A stretch of 64,000 bases of DNA from Macrostomum hystrix. Taxonomy: Eukaryota; Animalia; Platyhelminthes. The notes beneath the pieces are model-generated. The model saw only the letters and a program-made list of their open reading frames with translations, had not been told where the DNA came from and did not search any database. The stretch lies in assembly GCA_950097015.1 (NCBI GenBank), contig CATNEN010000035.1, forward strand, positions 434,001 through 498,000, written 5' to 3'. Positions 39,101 through 48,479 of this stretch are shown here, piece after piece. The position numbers were made by a program, and so were the translations under genes. The first letter of the stretch is position 1; each line of letters starts with the position of its first letter.

Positions 39101-39405
39101 CTATATTGGCCAAATCTGATGCAGATGCTCCTAGCTCTGCTAAACTTCTTCTGCTCTGGGAATCAGATTCCTTGCGAAGATTTCTCACTCGATCGGACAG
39201 AGATTCCACACTGAGGCAGTCTGGAAAAAATTATTTTAGGAAATGAAATAAAAGTACAGATTATCATAGCTTAGAAGTAAATTCCATTAAACTTACGCAT
39301 CTTGCTAGAGGGCAGTTTTTTGACAACCTGCATGCCGCCAGATGGTTGCACAATCAGACTGCTGATGTCATCAAGGGATATTGTTTCAAAGTTGGCCACT
39401 GCCAT
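33152..39405 (-). CDS. TMC: Transmembrane channel-like (TMC) family protein, about 712 aa
   Basis: Exons 39405-39297, 39220-39034, 38610-38393, 38305-38139, 37737-37598, 37527-37374, 36683-36522, 36432-36272, 36174-36117, 35759-35608, 35516-35412, 34891-34816, 34719-34369, 33250-33152. Total 2139 nt, all GT-AG, phases match. Motifs SLLYYGAY, VFSAWDF, CWESWMAAQLYRL, WLGAFFSPPL, SPTCGPFR. Confidence 0.88.
33600..34285. repeat. Minisatellite, 29-bp unit ATAGACTAGGATTGGGATTTTAGCTTTCT
   Basis: Last TMC intron. Confidence 0.95.
34925..35375. repeat. Minisatellite, 36-bp unit ATTCACCTGTTCCTAAACCCCTGTATTTCCGGTTGG
   Basis: Fills TMC intron 34892-35411. Confidence 0.95.
35855..35930 (+). mobile_element. 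tRNA-like head (SINE fragment or tRNA pseudogene)
   Basis: A box TGGCGCAGCGG, D-stem GCGC/GCGC and B box GTTCGAGTCC; acceptor and anticodon stems do not pair. Confidence 0.45.
36775..37355. repeat. Degenerate about 29-bp minisatellite AAACACCCACCTCACTCCCTGCTATTCTA
   Basis: Fills TMC intron 36684-37373. Confidence 0.88.
37793..38110. repeat. 49-bp minisatellite with ATTGG (CCAAT) core, TMC intron 4
   Basis: CACAGCTGCTCTGTGATTGGCCAGTGAGTGAGGCTCCACCTTACACCCC, about 6.5 copies. Confidence 0.93.
38680..38965. repeat. 49-50-bp minisatellite related to 37793-38110, TMC intron 2
   Basis: ACAGCTAATCTGTGATTGGCCAGTGACCGAGGGACCACTTACACCCATAC. Confidence 0.92.
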
Positions 39406-39769
39406 TGTCTATGGCTAGATTATGTTTCTGATCTGAAATAAATGTTTCATTTGTTTTACTTGAATTTAAAACTAAAGAAACCTTTTTATAACATTAAGCT
39501 AGGCATATTATGTATGGGTAGCAAGTGATTTACTACATTAGGCCTAGAATTCAGTTGTAATTCTAAAAAAATTTAAACTGGCTAGTGTCCTTACATAAAG
39601 CTTTTATCAAAATAAATTTAAACTTTAGTTAAACTTAAAAATTAAACTTTATTTCAAAGATACTATACTTACTAAGTTCATTGTTGGTCTAATATTATCA
39701 ATCGTATTTAAAATATTGATTGATAATCATAAAAAATTGTAATAGCTAGACTATATAATTATTTAATTT

Positions 39770-40068
39770 ATTTTTTATTACACCTGCCCCAATTGGGTCA
39801 GATGTGCAGCTGACAGCATAGCCGCAGCTAATGCGCAGCAAATCTGAAGGCTACATACAGCTGTTCAGTCCATGGATGGACTGGTGGGATGCCACACCCA
39901 CCTTCAATTATCCTAGCTAATGCTGGTACCCATTTAACAGCCAGCTGGGTTAACTGAAGCAATGCGGAGTTAAGTGTCTTGCTAAAGGGCACAAATTGTT
40001 CCAGTGGAGTCGGGAATCGAACCCCTGACCTTCAAGTCATAAGTCCAACACCCTAACCACTAGGCTAC
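39770..40068 (-). mobile_element. tRNA-derived SINE family B with CORE-like domain
   Basis: Head TAGCCTAGTGG...GGTTCGATTCC, then CCTTTAGCAAGACACTTAACTCC...CAGTTAACCCAGCTG...AAATGGG, resembling the MIR/CORE consensus; TAA-rich tail; second copy at 59875-60167. Confidence 0.75.
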
Positions 40069-42313
40069 AACCTCTCTAATAATATATTTAATATGAGCAA
40101 AAGTGCTTGGATCAAAGCTAAGATAATAAACAATGCTTTGCACTTGATAAATTATGTAGTTACATAACAATATTTGGTCTTCATGTGTTTCAACATAGAT
40201 GTAACATTTATTTACATAGTTTTTATATAGATAGCGGATCTATAATCATATATAATTATAACAATTTTAAACATTTTTTAAACATAACAATGAATGCTTC
40301 TTGAGGCAGGCCTGTTTATAATACCGTATAAATTTTAAGTCAAATTCCTGCCAAAACATTTATTTTACTCGAAGGGTTTGTTAATATGTTAACGTTCTCC
40401 CCTCTTCCTTGTGGGGACGGGGAGTATAAATATAACCGCTCACGGAGGCAAAAAAGGCAGACCTTGACGTTTGGCCAGAAGGCCCCTGAATAATAGCTGT
40501 ATAATAAATCAGATTAAAATTGAGTTCCGTGTTGATTATTTTGCAGAGTTGAAGGTTGATCAGACAAAGTCATACGCTAAGAGTCTAAATTGAATAAAGG
40601 AAAGAAGGTTAAATAACCGGATTGTAGCTGGGGATAAAATCCAAATTAAGAAAGGAAATTTCAGAGTGAGTGCTATATGTGCGTGGAGACTGGGAGCCTT
40701 AAAGGACTGAGTAGATTACCAAAGGGTTAGAGGATAATAATTGGAGTGTCTTGCTACTCGGAAACAGTCATTATATGCTACCTAGAGATTTGTTTTTCAG
40801 GCAACTTGCATCAGTACATTTAAATCATATTGATTTGGCATAAGTGAATAAAATACATATATATACATATATATTTAAGATAGAAATTATAAACCAAGAA
40901 AGAGGCCTCCCACAACTTCTTATTAGTCCAACACCTCTCTCAGAATAAATCTCTTTCAACATCCTGACTGTCAACCCCCCTCAGTGTGGTAGCTTTTGCT
41001 TAAGAAAAGCAAAAGCAAAGCAAAAGTCAAACACCTCAATGATATTTAGATCTATTATAACTATTGTAGCATTTTAGTCAAATATTGGTATGTCCATATA
41101 TTTAGCTAATTATCAACTTTGTAACAGTGTAAAAACAGATACTTATTATTGTTGTTTATTATTAACAACCTTGTTAGTACAACAGGCTAATTAAAGTAAA
41201 AAATCATGCTAGGCAGCATTTTTTCTTAATGACAGCCAGGGCCACAATACGCCAAAAAAACTAAAAATGATACATTTTATACATTCAGCTCTTGGGATTT
41301 TAGAATTTAGAAGACACTATAACTCTAACATTAGTAATTTTATCAAATCAGTTGGAATAATAAATTATGTACAATAATTTATTATGGTATTTATTATGGT
41401 ACGAGTGATATGGTATCACTTGTATAATAATGAATTATAAATAATAATAAAAATAATAATTCTATATTTTTTATGTGTGTGACTGTGAGTGATAGCATAG
41501 CCATGAGATATGAGTGCTAAAATCAACTTGAAGTCTGAAATAATGCATAGAAATTGATCGCAGTATCATTGGAATCGTATTACCGCAGCACCGACCCCAG
41601 TCGTTTGTGCAAAAATCTTTGCGTTTCTTTCTTTCTTCGTAAATGCACTTTCCGGAGCACTTGCCACAGGAAAGTTGAGTCAAGTCAGGATTTTTGCAGA
41701 AAATTTACTAGAAGAAAAATAATATGTATTTTTTCATTAGGAGAGATTTTTATCTGAACGTTCGAGTTAACATAAAACAAAGCCACCTGGAGCAAAATCA
41801 AAACCGAGAATGAAGTTACTCGTTATATCCTTAAAACTGTATTGTAAATGAGACGGACAAACTTTTTTGCCTAATGGGATAAGACGCTATACTACTTACG
41901 TGTGTACTTACGTACGAGCTAATTGTGAGTCGACTATGCGACAGTGAGGTCAAAAGTGATCATTGATTATTGTGCTGTAATTTAGACAAAGATTGTTACA
42001 GGACGGGTGCTTTGTAATTTTCAAGTTAAATTTGGTCCTCTTTGTTCTCAGAAGTAACAGTGGATATCGCTTTTTATCGCCTTTTTCAATTAGCTCTATA
42101 TTTATAAATAGGCATGAAAATCACAAGTCGCTCGATTTGTCAACAAGTCTGGAATATACACAAGCTACGATTATATTCGTTTATTAAAATTTGATTACTA
42201 TAAATCTTTAAGTTTTATATTTTGGACAAATAGTGAAAATAGTGATGATTCTACACATCAGTCAGGTTTAGAGATACGAGTAAAAACTTCATTCTTATCA
42301 ACAGCTTTTTTAT

Positions 42314-45300
42314 TCAGTTCGCCTGCTGGCTGAGGATGTCCGCGGCTGCGTTCACATCGCCGTTCGTGACTTGCAGGGCGAGCCGACTGGCCATATCATC
42401 AGTGAAGCCCATCTCTCGTAGCTGCGAGAGCTTCTGGCTGTCATCTGTATCACCGCCGCCGCCAAGACCTGCCTGCAGTTGTTCAAGCAGCCCCGACAGC
42501 TGTGCTAGCTGTGCCAGTGGGTTCTGGTCCTGCTGCACTGACTGAAGATTGTATGGAATTCGGATAGATTCTGAGAGACTCCGGTTAGATTCTACGAGTT
42601 AAAAGTATCTGGTTAGATTCTAGTGACACTTAAAAATAGCTTTTGGTATGGAAATAGCTGTAATTATGTTCGTAATTAGTTTTAAAAGCAAGCTAACCTG
42701 CTGTGTTTGCTGTGGCTGCAGCAGCTGCTGTTGACTGCTTGATCCCGTGGCAAGCAGTTTGTCAATGCCAACCTCCCGCATCAGGTCAGGCAGCAGTTCA
42801 GGCGCCTCCTGTCGCAGCAGCTGAAGAGATTCTCGCGCTTTCTTCAATGCTTCCGCGGTGCGGGGATTCTGAGCTTTGGCTGCTTCTGCGGCTCCCTCAG
42901 CTGACGGAGGTGTCGACTGCGACTGCTGTGGAGTGCGAGCGATAGCTGGATATACATTTGGTGCGTAGATAAAAACTATATTTACGGACCAACCTTCTTG
43001 TCTGGCTGCTGCTGGCGCTGCTCAGCCGGCCGCGGCGGTTCCGGAAGTCGCATCGACTGCTGCATCATATCGTGATAGAATTTGATGTCGCGAAGAATGC
43101 CCAACTGCTGGTTGGAGTTTTCCAGCTGCTGCTGGGGCTGTCGAATCATCTCCTGCAGGAAACTGTTGTTCTGGAAATGGTGAGCGATTAGGCCATCGGG
43201 GTGAGTGGCAGAGCGGTTAAAGCGCTCGCCACTCGCACCAAGGTCCCTGAGCTCGATTCCGCGGCAAGGCCAGATTAATTTGGGGCACAGCCGGGGCTTG
43301 TCGTGTAATTAATAACATTGAGGGCCAACCCTACACTGACTGACTATGACAGAGCGTTGTGCCTGCGTACGGTATCTGTGTGCGTGTGTGCTCAGGAGTC
43401 AGCGGAATGGGCAGAACTGCCTCCTCGCTGGCTGCGGGTCTACTGTCACCAAATGATGTTGTGTTGTACTTTTATATGTGTTGTACTTTCATTATATAGA
43501 AACTAGTATTTGACCGTTGCAGCTAAATATCCCATAGACAATTCGTTCTACCTGTTTGTTTGCGAGGACCGCGTTAAGAGTGTTTGCGGCTCTAGCTTTC
43601 GTGGTAACCCCGGGCTTTGCTATCTACACAAATACATTAGACCACAAGCTATCGCGGCAATACGCAACGATGGCAAGCGCAGTCAAATTCAGCGACATAA
43701 TCAAGCAGTACGACGGTGAAGAGGATTTTTCGCGCTGGGCACAGAAGCTCGAACTCGTTGCCAAGCTCCAAAAAGTGAATGACCTGGCTGCTTTCATCCC
43801 ACTATTTCTATCGGGAGGTGCGTTCGCCGTGTACCAGGCACTAAACGAGGAAAGCAAGTCGGACTACAAAACTCTGAAAGCGGCTCTTACCTCAGCGTTC
43901 TGCCCAAACAAGTACAAAGCATACGACGAGTTCGTGTCACGCAGGCTCGGCCCCGGGGAGTCCGTGGACGTTTTTCTCGCGGATCTCACGAGGCTTGCAC
44001 GCCTAGTGGACGAGATCCCCGGGGAAGAATGGATCAAATGCGCATTCGTCCGCGGGCTTCCAGCAACCGTCAGTCAGCAGCTGATCGCTTCCTGCTCTCT
44101 AAAAGAGCTCGAACTCCATGAACTAGCGGAGAAAGCTAGAAACTTAACGATCAGTCGCGAGTCCTGCTGTGTTGTCTCGAGCGCAGGAAATGCGCGAAGC
44201 GCTGGAAAGTTCGCCCCACGCAACAAAGTGATGTCGTGCTACTCGTGCGGCAAGGAGGGCCATGTGAGCAAAGAGTGCATGGAACGCAACCGAGCGAATC
44301 AAGGTTGTTTTGTTTGTGGAAAAGCGGGACATGTGGCTGCTCGATGCCCGCAGCGCGCCGATTTTCAAAAAAACGAGTGATGGAAGCGCGGAATGTTTGC
44401 GCCAACGGGCTTCCTTGTGCACCGGCGCACCTACCATCGTTAAGTGTTCATGTTAATAGTTTGGTCGTTACTGCTTTAGTAGATACTGGTTGTTCGCGGT
44501 CCATCGTTTCTTCACGAGTTACTGGAGTTAAAAAACGTCCCGTTCACGAGAGGGTCACGATGATGAATGGTGACTCAGCAGAATGTGAATGGGAGGCTGA
44601 CGTTACTTTGTCTGTTCGAGGCCACCAATTACCAGTGCTGCGATGTATCGTTATGGACATCCTTCCTGGGTTCGATTTGCTGCTTGGGATGGATGCCATC
44701 AGCCGATTGGGCGGTGTCTCTGTGAAGCGAGATTGCCGCAGTGTCCGCTTCGGTATTGAAGAGCAGTCATTAGCGCTGGAGACTGCTGCGGTAGCCAAGG
44801 CTTTCTCAAAACCAAAGGCGGAGTCACCTGTGAGCTGTCCGGCAGGAGAGGTCGAGTCACCTGTGAGCTGTCCGGCAGGAGAGGTCGAGTCACCTGTGAG
44901 CTGTCCGGCAGGAGAGGTCGAGTCACCTGTGAGCTGTCCGGCAGGAGAGGTCGAGTCACCTGTGAGCTGTCCGGCAGGAGAGGTCGAGTCACCTGTGAGC
45001 TGTCCGGCAGGAGAGGTCGAGTCACCTGTGAGCTGTCCGGCAGGAGAGGTCGAGTCACCTGTGAGCTGTCCGGCAAGAGGAGCGAGGCTTGCGAAAAATA
45101 CTTTAACCGAGGCGTGCCTGGTGCTTGAGGAAAAAGACTTCTCTGCTAAGTTTATCGATGGAGAGTGGACAGTGGCATGGAAGTGGCTGGATGAGGCCCC
45201 ACTACTGTCAAATACGATAGCTCAATACCGAGTCCCACCAGAGGCGGTAGGCGAGTATGAGTCAGAGATAAAAGACTGGATTCAGCGAGGTTGGCTGCTA

Positions 45301-48300
45301 CCGTTCGAAGGTGACAGTGACGGCGTCATCCCTCTGATGGCAGTGGTGCAGACCAACAAAGCAAAGGTGCGGCCTGTACTCGACTATCGCGAGTTGAACC
45401 AGTACGTGTCAAGCCACACCGCCGAAAGCGTCGTGTGCGGCGCCAAGCTCCGGGCCTGGCGGCGGCTCGGTGAGAATGCGAGTATCATCGACCTGCGGAA
45501 GGCCTACCAACAACTGCGATTGGACCCCAGTCTCTGGCGCTACCAAGTAGTGAGGTTCAAAGGCCGCCGTTACTGTCTCACCCGGTTAGGATTCGGACTC
45601 AACGTGGCGCCAAAAATTATGACGGCGGTTGTGAACAAAGTCCTGTCGATGGAAGACGACGTGCGTGAGGCCACGGACTCTTACATTGACGACATTATTG
45701 TGAACAATAGCAAGATTCCGAATGAACGCGTAACTGGGTTGCTTGCCCGGTTCGGGCTAGAAGCCAAGCCTCCTGAGAGCCTCATTGGGGGCCGCGTGCT
45801 CGGCCTCCGCGTCTACCGTCGAGAGGATGGGGTCATTTGCTGGAAACGAGACAATGTCCTCTCTCAGTTGAAAGGTCCAGCAACACGACGGCAACTATTC
45901 TCCTGGTGCGGCCAGCTAGTAGGCCATTTCCCCGTCGCCGCATGGCTGCGTGTCGCATGCAGCTACTTGAAGCGGGTCACCAGCACAATCGCGTGGGACG
46001 CTATCGTCAGCGAGTCTGCCATGCGGATCGCCCAAGAAATCAGCGGAATGGTCCAGGAACGAGATCCTGTCGCTGGGGTGTGGACCGTTGACGAGACTTC
46101 GAGCTGTCGCGTCTGGTGCGACGCCAGCAGCATCGCCATTGGAGCCGTCATCGAAATTGGTGGCGTAATCGTGGAGGACGCCTCGTGGTTGCGAAAACAA
46201 GACGACGCTGCGCACATCAATCTTGCCGAACTTGAGGCGGTCATTAAGGGTCTCAACCTTGCCCTCGCTTGGGGCACGAGGAAAGTTGAAGTGTTGACTG
46301 ATTCTGCAACCGTGCACGGCTGGCTCCAGTCTTTGATTGTCGGCGATAAGCCCGTGCGAGTCAAAGGTCTCGGTGAAGCTCTGGTTCGGAAACGGCTATC
46401 ATTAATCCGAGACACGGCGTCGGAGTGCGAGCTCGAGCTACTGACATCGCTGGTGCCATCTTCAGCAAACAAGGCAGACGCACTGACGCGAGTACCGCAA
46501 CAGTGGCTGCGCCAGCGGCCCTTCTGTGCAGTGGCGCTGCGCCCCGTTGACATGGATCTCCGTGCGTGCCACGAGAAGCACCACTTCGGGGTGGACAGGA
46601 CGCTCTACCTGGCCAAACTGTGCTTCCCTGAACGTGAGGTACTGCGTGAAGAGGTTGAGCGCATCGTTGCAAACTGCATCCGATGCAAGTCCGTAGACCC
46701 TGCGCCGATGGTTTGGGACCATGGCAGACTCGAGGTGGATGCAAACTGGTGGCGCTTGGCCTGCGACGTGACCCACTTTAAGGACGACCGCTATCTGTCC
46801 ATTGTTGACTGCGGGCCGAGCAGATTCTCGCTGTGGCGAAAACTCACCGACGAGCGGACAGCGTCAATTACCGGGATACTCGTGCAGGTGTTCCGAGAGC
46901 GGGGCCCTCCCTGGCAGCTGCTTCTCGACAATTCACCGACCTTCCGCTCCGCTGAGGTCCGTGCGTTTTGTGAGGCTTGGGGAGTGCAGCTCCTCTTCCG
47001 TTGCGCTCACCGGCCGTCAGGCAACGGAATAGTCGAGCGCAATCATCGGACGATTAAGCGGATGGCAGCCAGAACCGGAAAGGACGTGCTGGAAATGGTG
47101 TTCTGGTACAACATGGCTCCAAAGGATGGCACTCGCAAGGACAGCGTGCCCAGCAGAATGGTCAGCACCTATGACTGGAAGCCGCCAACTGTGTCTCTCC
47201 CTGAGGCCTTGGAGACCTTGGAGGCAAACCCCACCCTGCCAGTGGGAACAGAAGTGTTTGTTAAACCGCCGGCCGTCAGATGCACCGACGAGTGGCCTAG
47301 GGGACGCGTGACGGGCCAGGGACAAGGGTCTACGGTGGAGGTCGATGGCCTTCCCCGTCACGTAGCTGACGTCCGCCCGGCACCAGACACGCAACCGCAG
47401 CCTCCTGGGGTGGAGCGAGCTGTCGAGCGGGATGCCGAACCACGACGGTCTAATAGGGTGAAGTCGGCACCGGTCCGTTACGAACCTTGATCTCTTGTGA
47501 TCCGGAGATCAGGGGGTGATGTGTTGTACTTTTATATGTGTTGTACTTTCATTATATAGAAACTAGTATTTGACCGTTGCAGCTAAATATCCCATAGACA
47601 ATTCGTTCTACCTGTTTGTTTGCGAGGACCGCGTTAAGAGTGTTTGCGGCTCTAGCTTTCGTGCTAACCCCGGGCTTTGCTATCTACACAAATACATTAG
47701 ACCACAGATGTGCCACTGCCCGTGGCATCCCGACATCACTTTTAAGGGTTGTCGCCGATTGCGACAAAGCTGAGCAAGTAGGCCTCAATCTGATTGATTT
47801 AAGCCTTGATTTGATTCTGACCAGACTCTCTCGGAAGTCGGGAGTTCGATCTCAGCCCAAAGGAAGCGATTTGTATTTCTGAGTAGTGCACTCAATTCCC
47901 TAGTGCTTCCTGTAATGCTGGTCCCAAAATCTGGGTTATCTATCCGAAATAGTTTAGAAGACGGTGCAGCAGTAGCTGCAAATTATTTTTCTGATTGTCT
48001 GACAGGCGACTCACATGCAGGACGTCGGCGCTGATCTGTCCGATGAGCGGCATCGACGCGGGCGCCACCTCGTCCGTCCGCGGTGGCCTGGGCGCGCGCA
48101 GGCAGTCCAGCAGGTTGCGCATCTCGGCCGACTCCAGCTGGCGCCGCGTGGCCTCCGGATCCTCGAGCATTTTCTTCTGCCAGCAATCGACCAGATACTG
48201 GAACTTGTCGCTGCCCTCCTGCAGATCTTTGCGAATGTGGCTCGGCATGAGGCTCAGAACTTGCTCTCGAGCGGCGGCTGCCTCGGCAGCCGTCTCGGGC

Positions 48301-48479
48301 GTTTCAGGAGGCCTGGGCAGGCTCGAGTCGTGAAGCGCGTAGATGATGAAATTTTTTAGGCCCATCGGATCGGCGGCTGCGGTCCGCGAGGACGTCAGGA
48401 AGTCGGCTAGGGTGCCCTCGGCTGGTGCACTTTTTGCGCCGTGAATCAGCCGGATGAGGCTTGGCTCGGCCTCCTGCAT
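42314..48479 (-). CDS. C-terminal UBA-domain protein (ubiquilin-like UBA, no UBL found), about 365 aa
   Basis: Exons 48479-48015 (start uncertain; acceptor at 48504), 43170-42994, 42925-42698, 42541-42314. UBA: KLSQLREMGFTDDMASRLALQVTNGDVNAAADIL. Confidence 0.7.
43203..43459 (+). mobile_element. tRNA-derived SINE family A, interrupted by the Gypsy element
   Basis: A box TGGCAGAGCGG and B-box-like GAGCTCGATTCC; the tail CACCAAAT-GATGT-GCCACTG resumes at 47707. Confidence 0.8.
43670..44380 (+). CDS. gag: Gag with two CCHC zinc knuckles
   Basis: MASAVKFSD... to TGA at 44380; CYSCGKEGHVSKEC and CFVCGKAGHVAARC. Confidence 0.9.
   Translation: MASAVKFSDIIKQYDGEEDFSRWAQKLELVAKLQKVNDLAAFIPLFLSGGAFAVYQALNEESKSDYKTLKAALTSAFCPNKYKAYDEFVSRRLGPGESVDVFLADLTRLARLVDEIPGEEWIKCAFVRGLPATVSQQLIASCSLKELELHELAEKARNLTISRESCCVVSSAGNARSAGKFAPRNKVMSCYSCGKEGHVSKECMERNRANQGCFVCGKAGHVAARCPQRADFQKNE
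44368..47490 (+). CDS. pol: Pol polyprotein (PR-RT-RNaseH-IN), -1 frame relative to gag
   Basis: LVDTGCS (PR), LDYRELN, FGLNVAP, YIDD (RT), WCDAS, ELEAV (RH), H-H-C-C zinc finger plus CDVTH, LDNS, VERNHR (IN). No stop codons. Confidence 0.92.
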   Translation, partial: KKRVMEARNVCANGLPCAPAHLPSLSVHVNSLVVTALVDTGCSRSIVSSRVTGVKKRPVHERVTMMNGDSAECEWEADVTLSVRGHQLPVLRCIVMDILPGFDLLLGMDAISRLGGVSVKRDCRSVRFGIEEQSLALETAAVAKAFSKPKAESPVSCPAGEVESPVSCPAGEVESPVSCPAGEVESPVSCPAGEVESPVSCPAGEVESPVSCPAGEVESPVSCPAGEVESPVSCPARGARLAKNTLTEACLVLEEKDFSAKFIDGEWTVAWKWLDEAPLLSNTIAQYRVPPEAVGEYESEIKDWIQRGWLLPFEGDSDGVIPLMAVVQTNKAKVRPVLDYRELNQYVSSHTAESVVCGAKLRAWRRLGENASIIDLRKAYQQLRLDPSLWRYQVVRFKGRRYCLTRLGFGLNVAPKIMTAVVNKVLSMEDDVREATDSYIDDIIVNNSKIPNERVTGLLARFGLEAKPPESLIGGRVLGLRVYRREDGVICWKRDNVLSQLKGPATRRQLFSWCGQLVGHFPVAAWLRVACSYLKRVTSTIAWDAIVSESAMRIAQEISGMVQERDPVAGVWTVDETSSCRVWCDASSIAIGAVIEIGGVIVEDASWLRKQDDAAHINLAELEAVIKGLNLALAWGTRKVEVLTDSATVHGWLQSLIVGDKPVRVKGLGEALVRKRLSLIRDTASECELELLTSLVPSSANKADALTRVPQQWLRQRPFCAVALRPVDMDLRACHEKHHFGVDRTLYLAKLCFPEREVLREEVERIVANCIRCKSVDPAPMVWDHGRLEVDANWWRLACDVTHFKDDRYLSIVDCGPSRFSLWRKLTDERTASITGILVQVFRERGPPWQLLLDNSPTFRSAEVRAFCEAWGVQLLFRCAHRPSGNGIVERNHRTIKRMAARTGKDVLEMVFWYNMAPKDGTRKDSVPSRMVSTYDWKPPTVSLPEALETLEANPTLPVGTEVFVKPPAVRCTDEWPRGRVTGQGQGSTVEVDGLPRHVADVRPAPDTQPQPPGVERAVERDAEPRRSNRVKSAPVRYEP

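Larger units (their letters stand above)
43460..47706 (+). mobile_element. Full-length Gypsy/Ty3 LTR retrotransposon
   Basis: LTRs 43460-43646 and 47520-47706 (187 bp, TG...CA, one mismatch), 5-bp TSD GATGT, short PPT AGGGGG before the 3' LTR, domain order gag-PR-RT-RH-IN. Confidence 0.96.

Noticed and set aside
44144-47394. Antisense and alternate-frame ORFs over the Gypsy element (likewise over the GPCR and UBA exons)
   Set aside because: Shadow ORFs of GC-rich coding sequence with no motifs.
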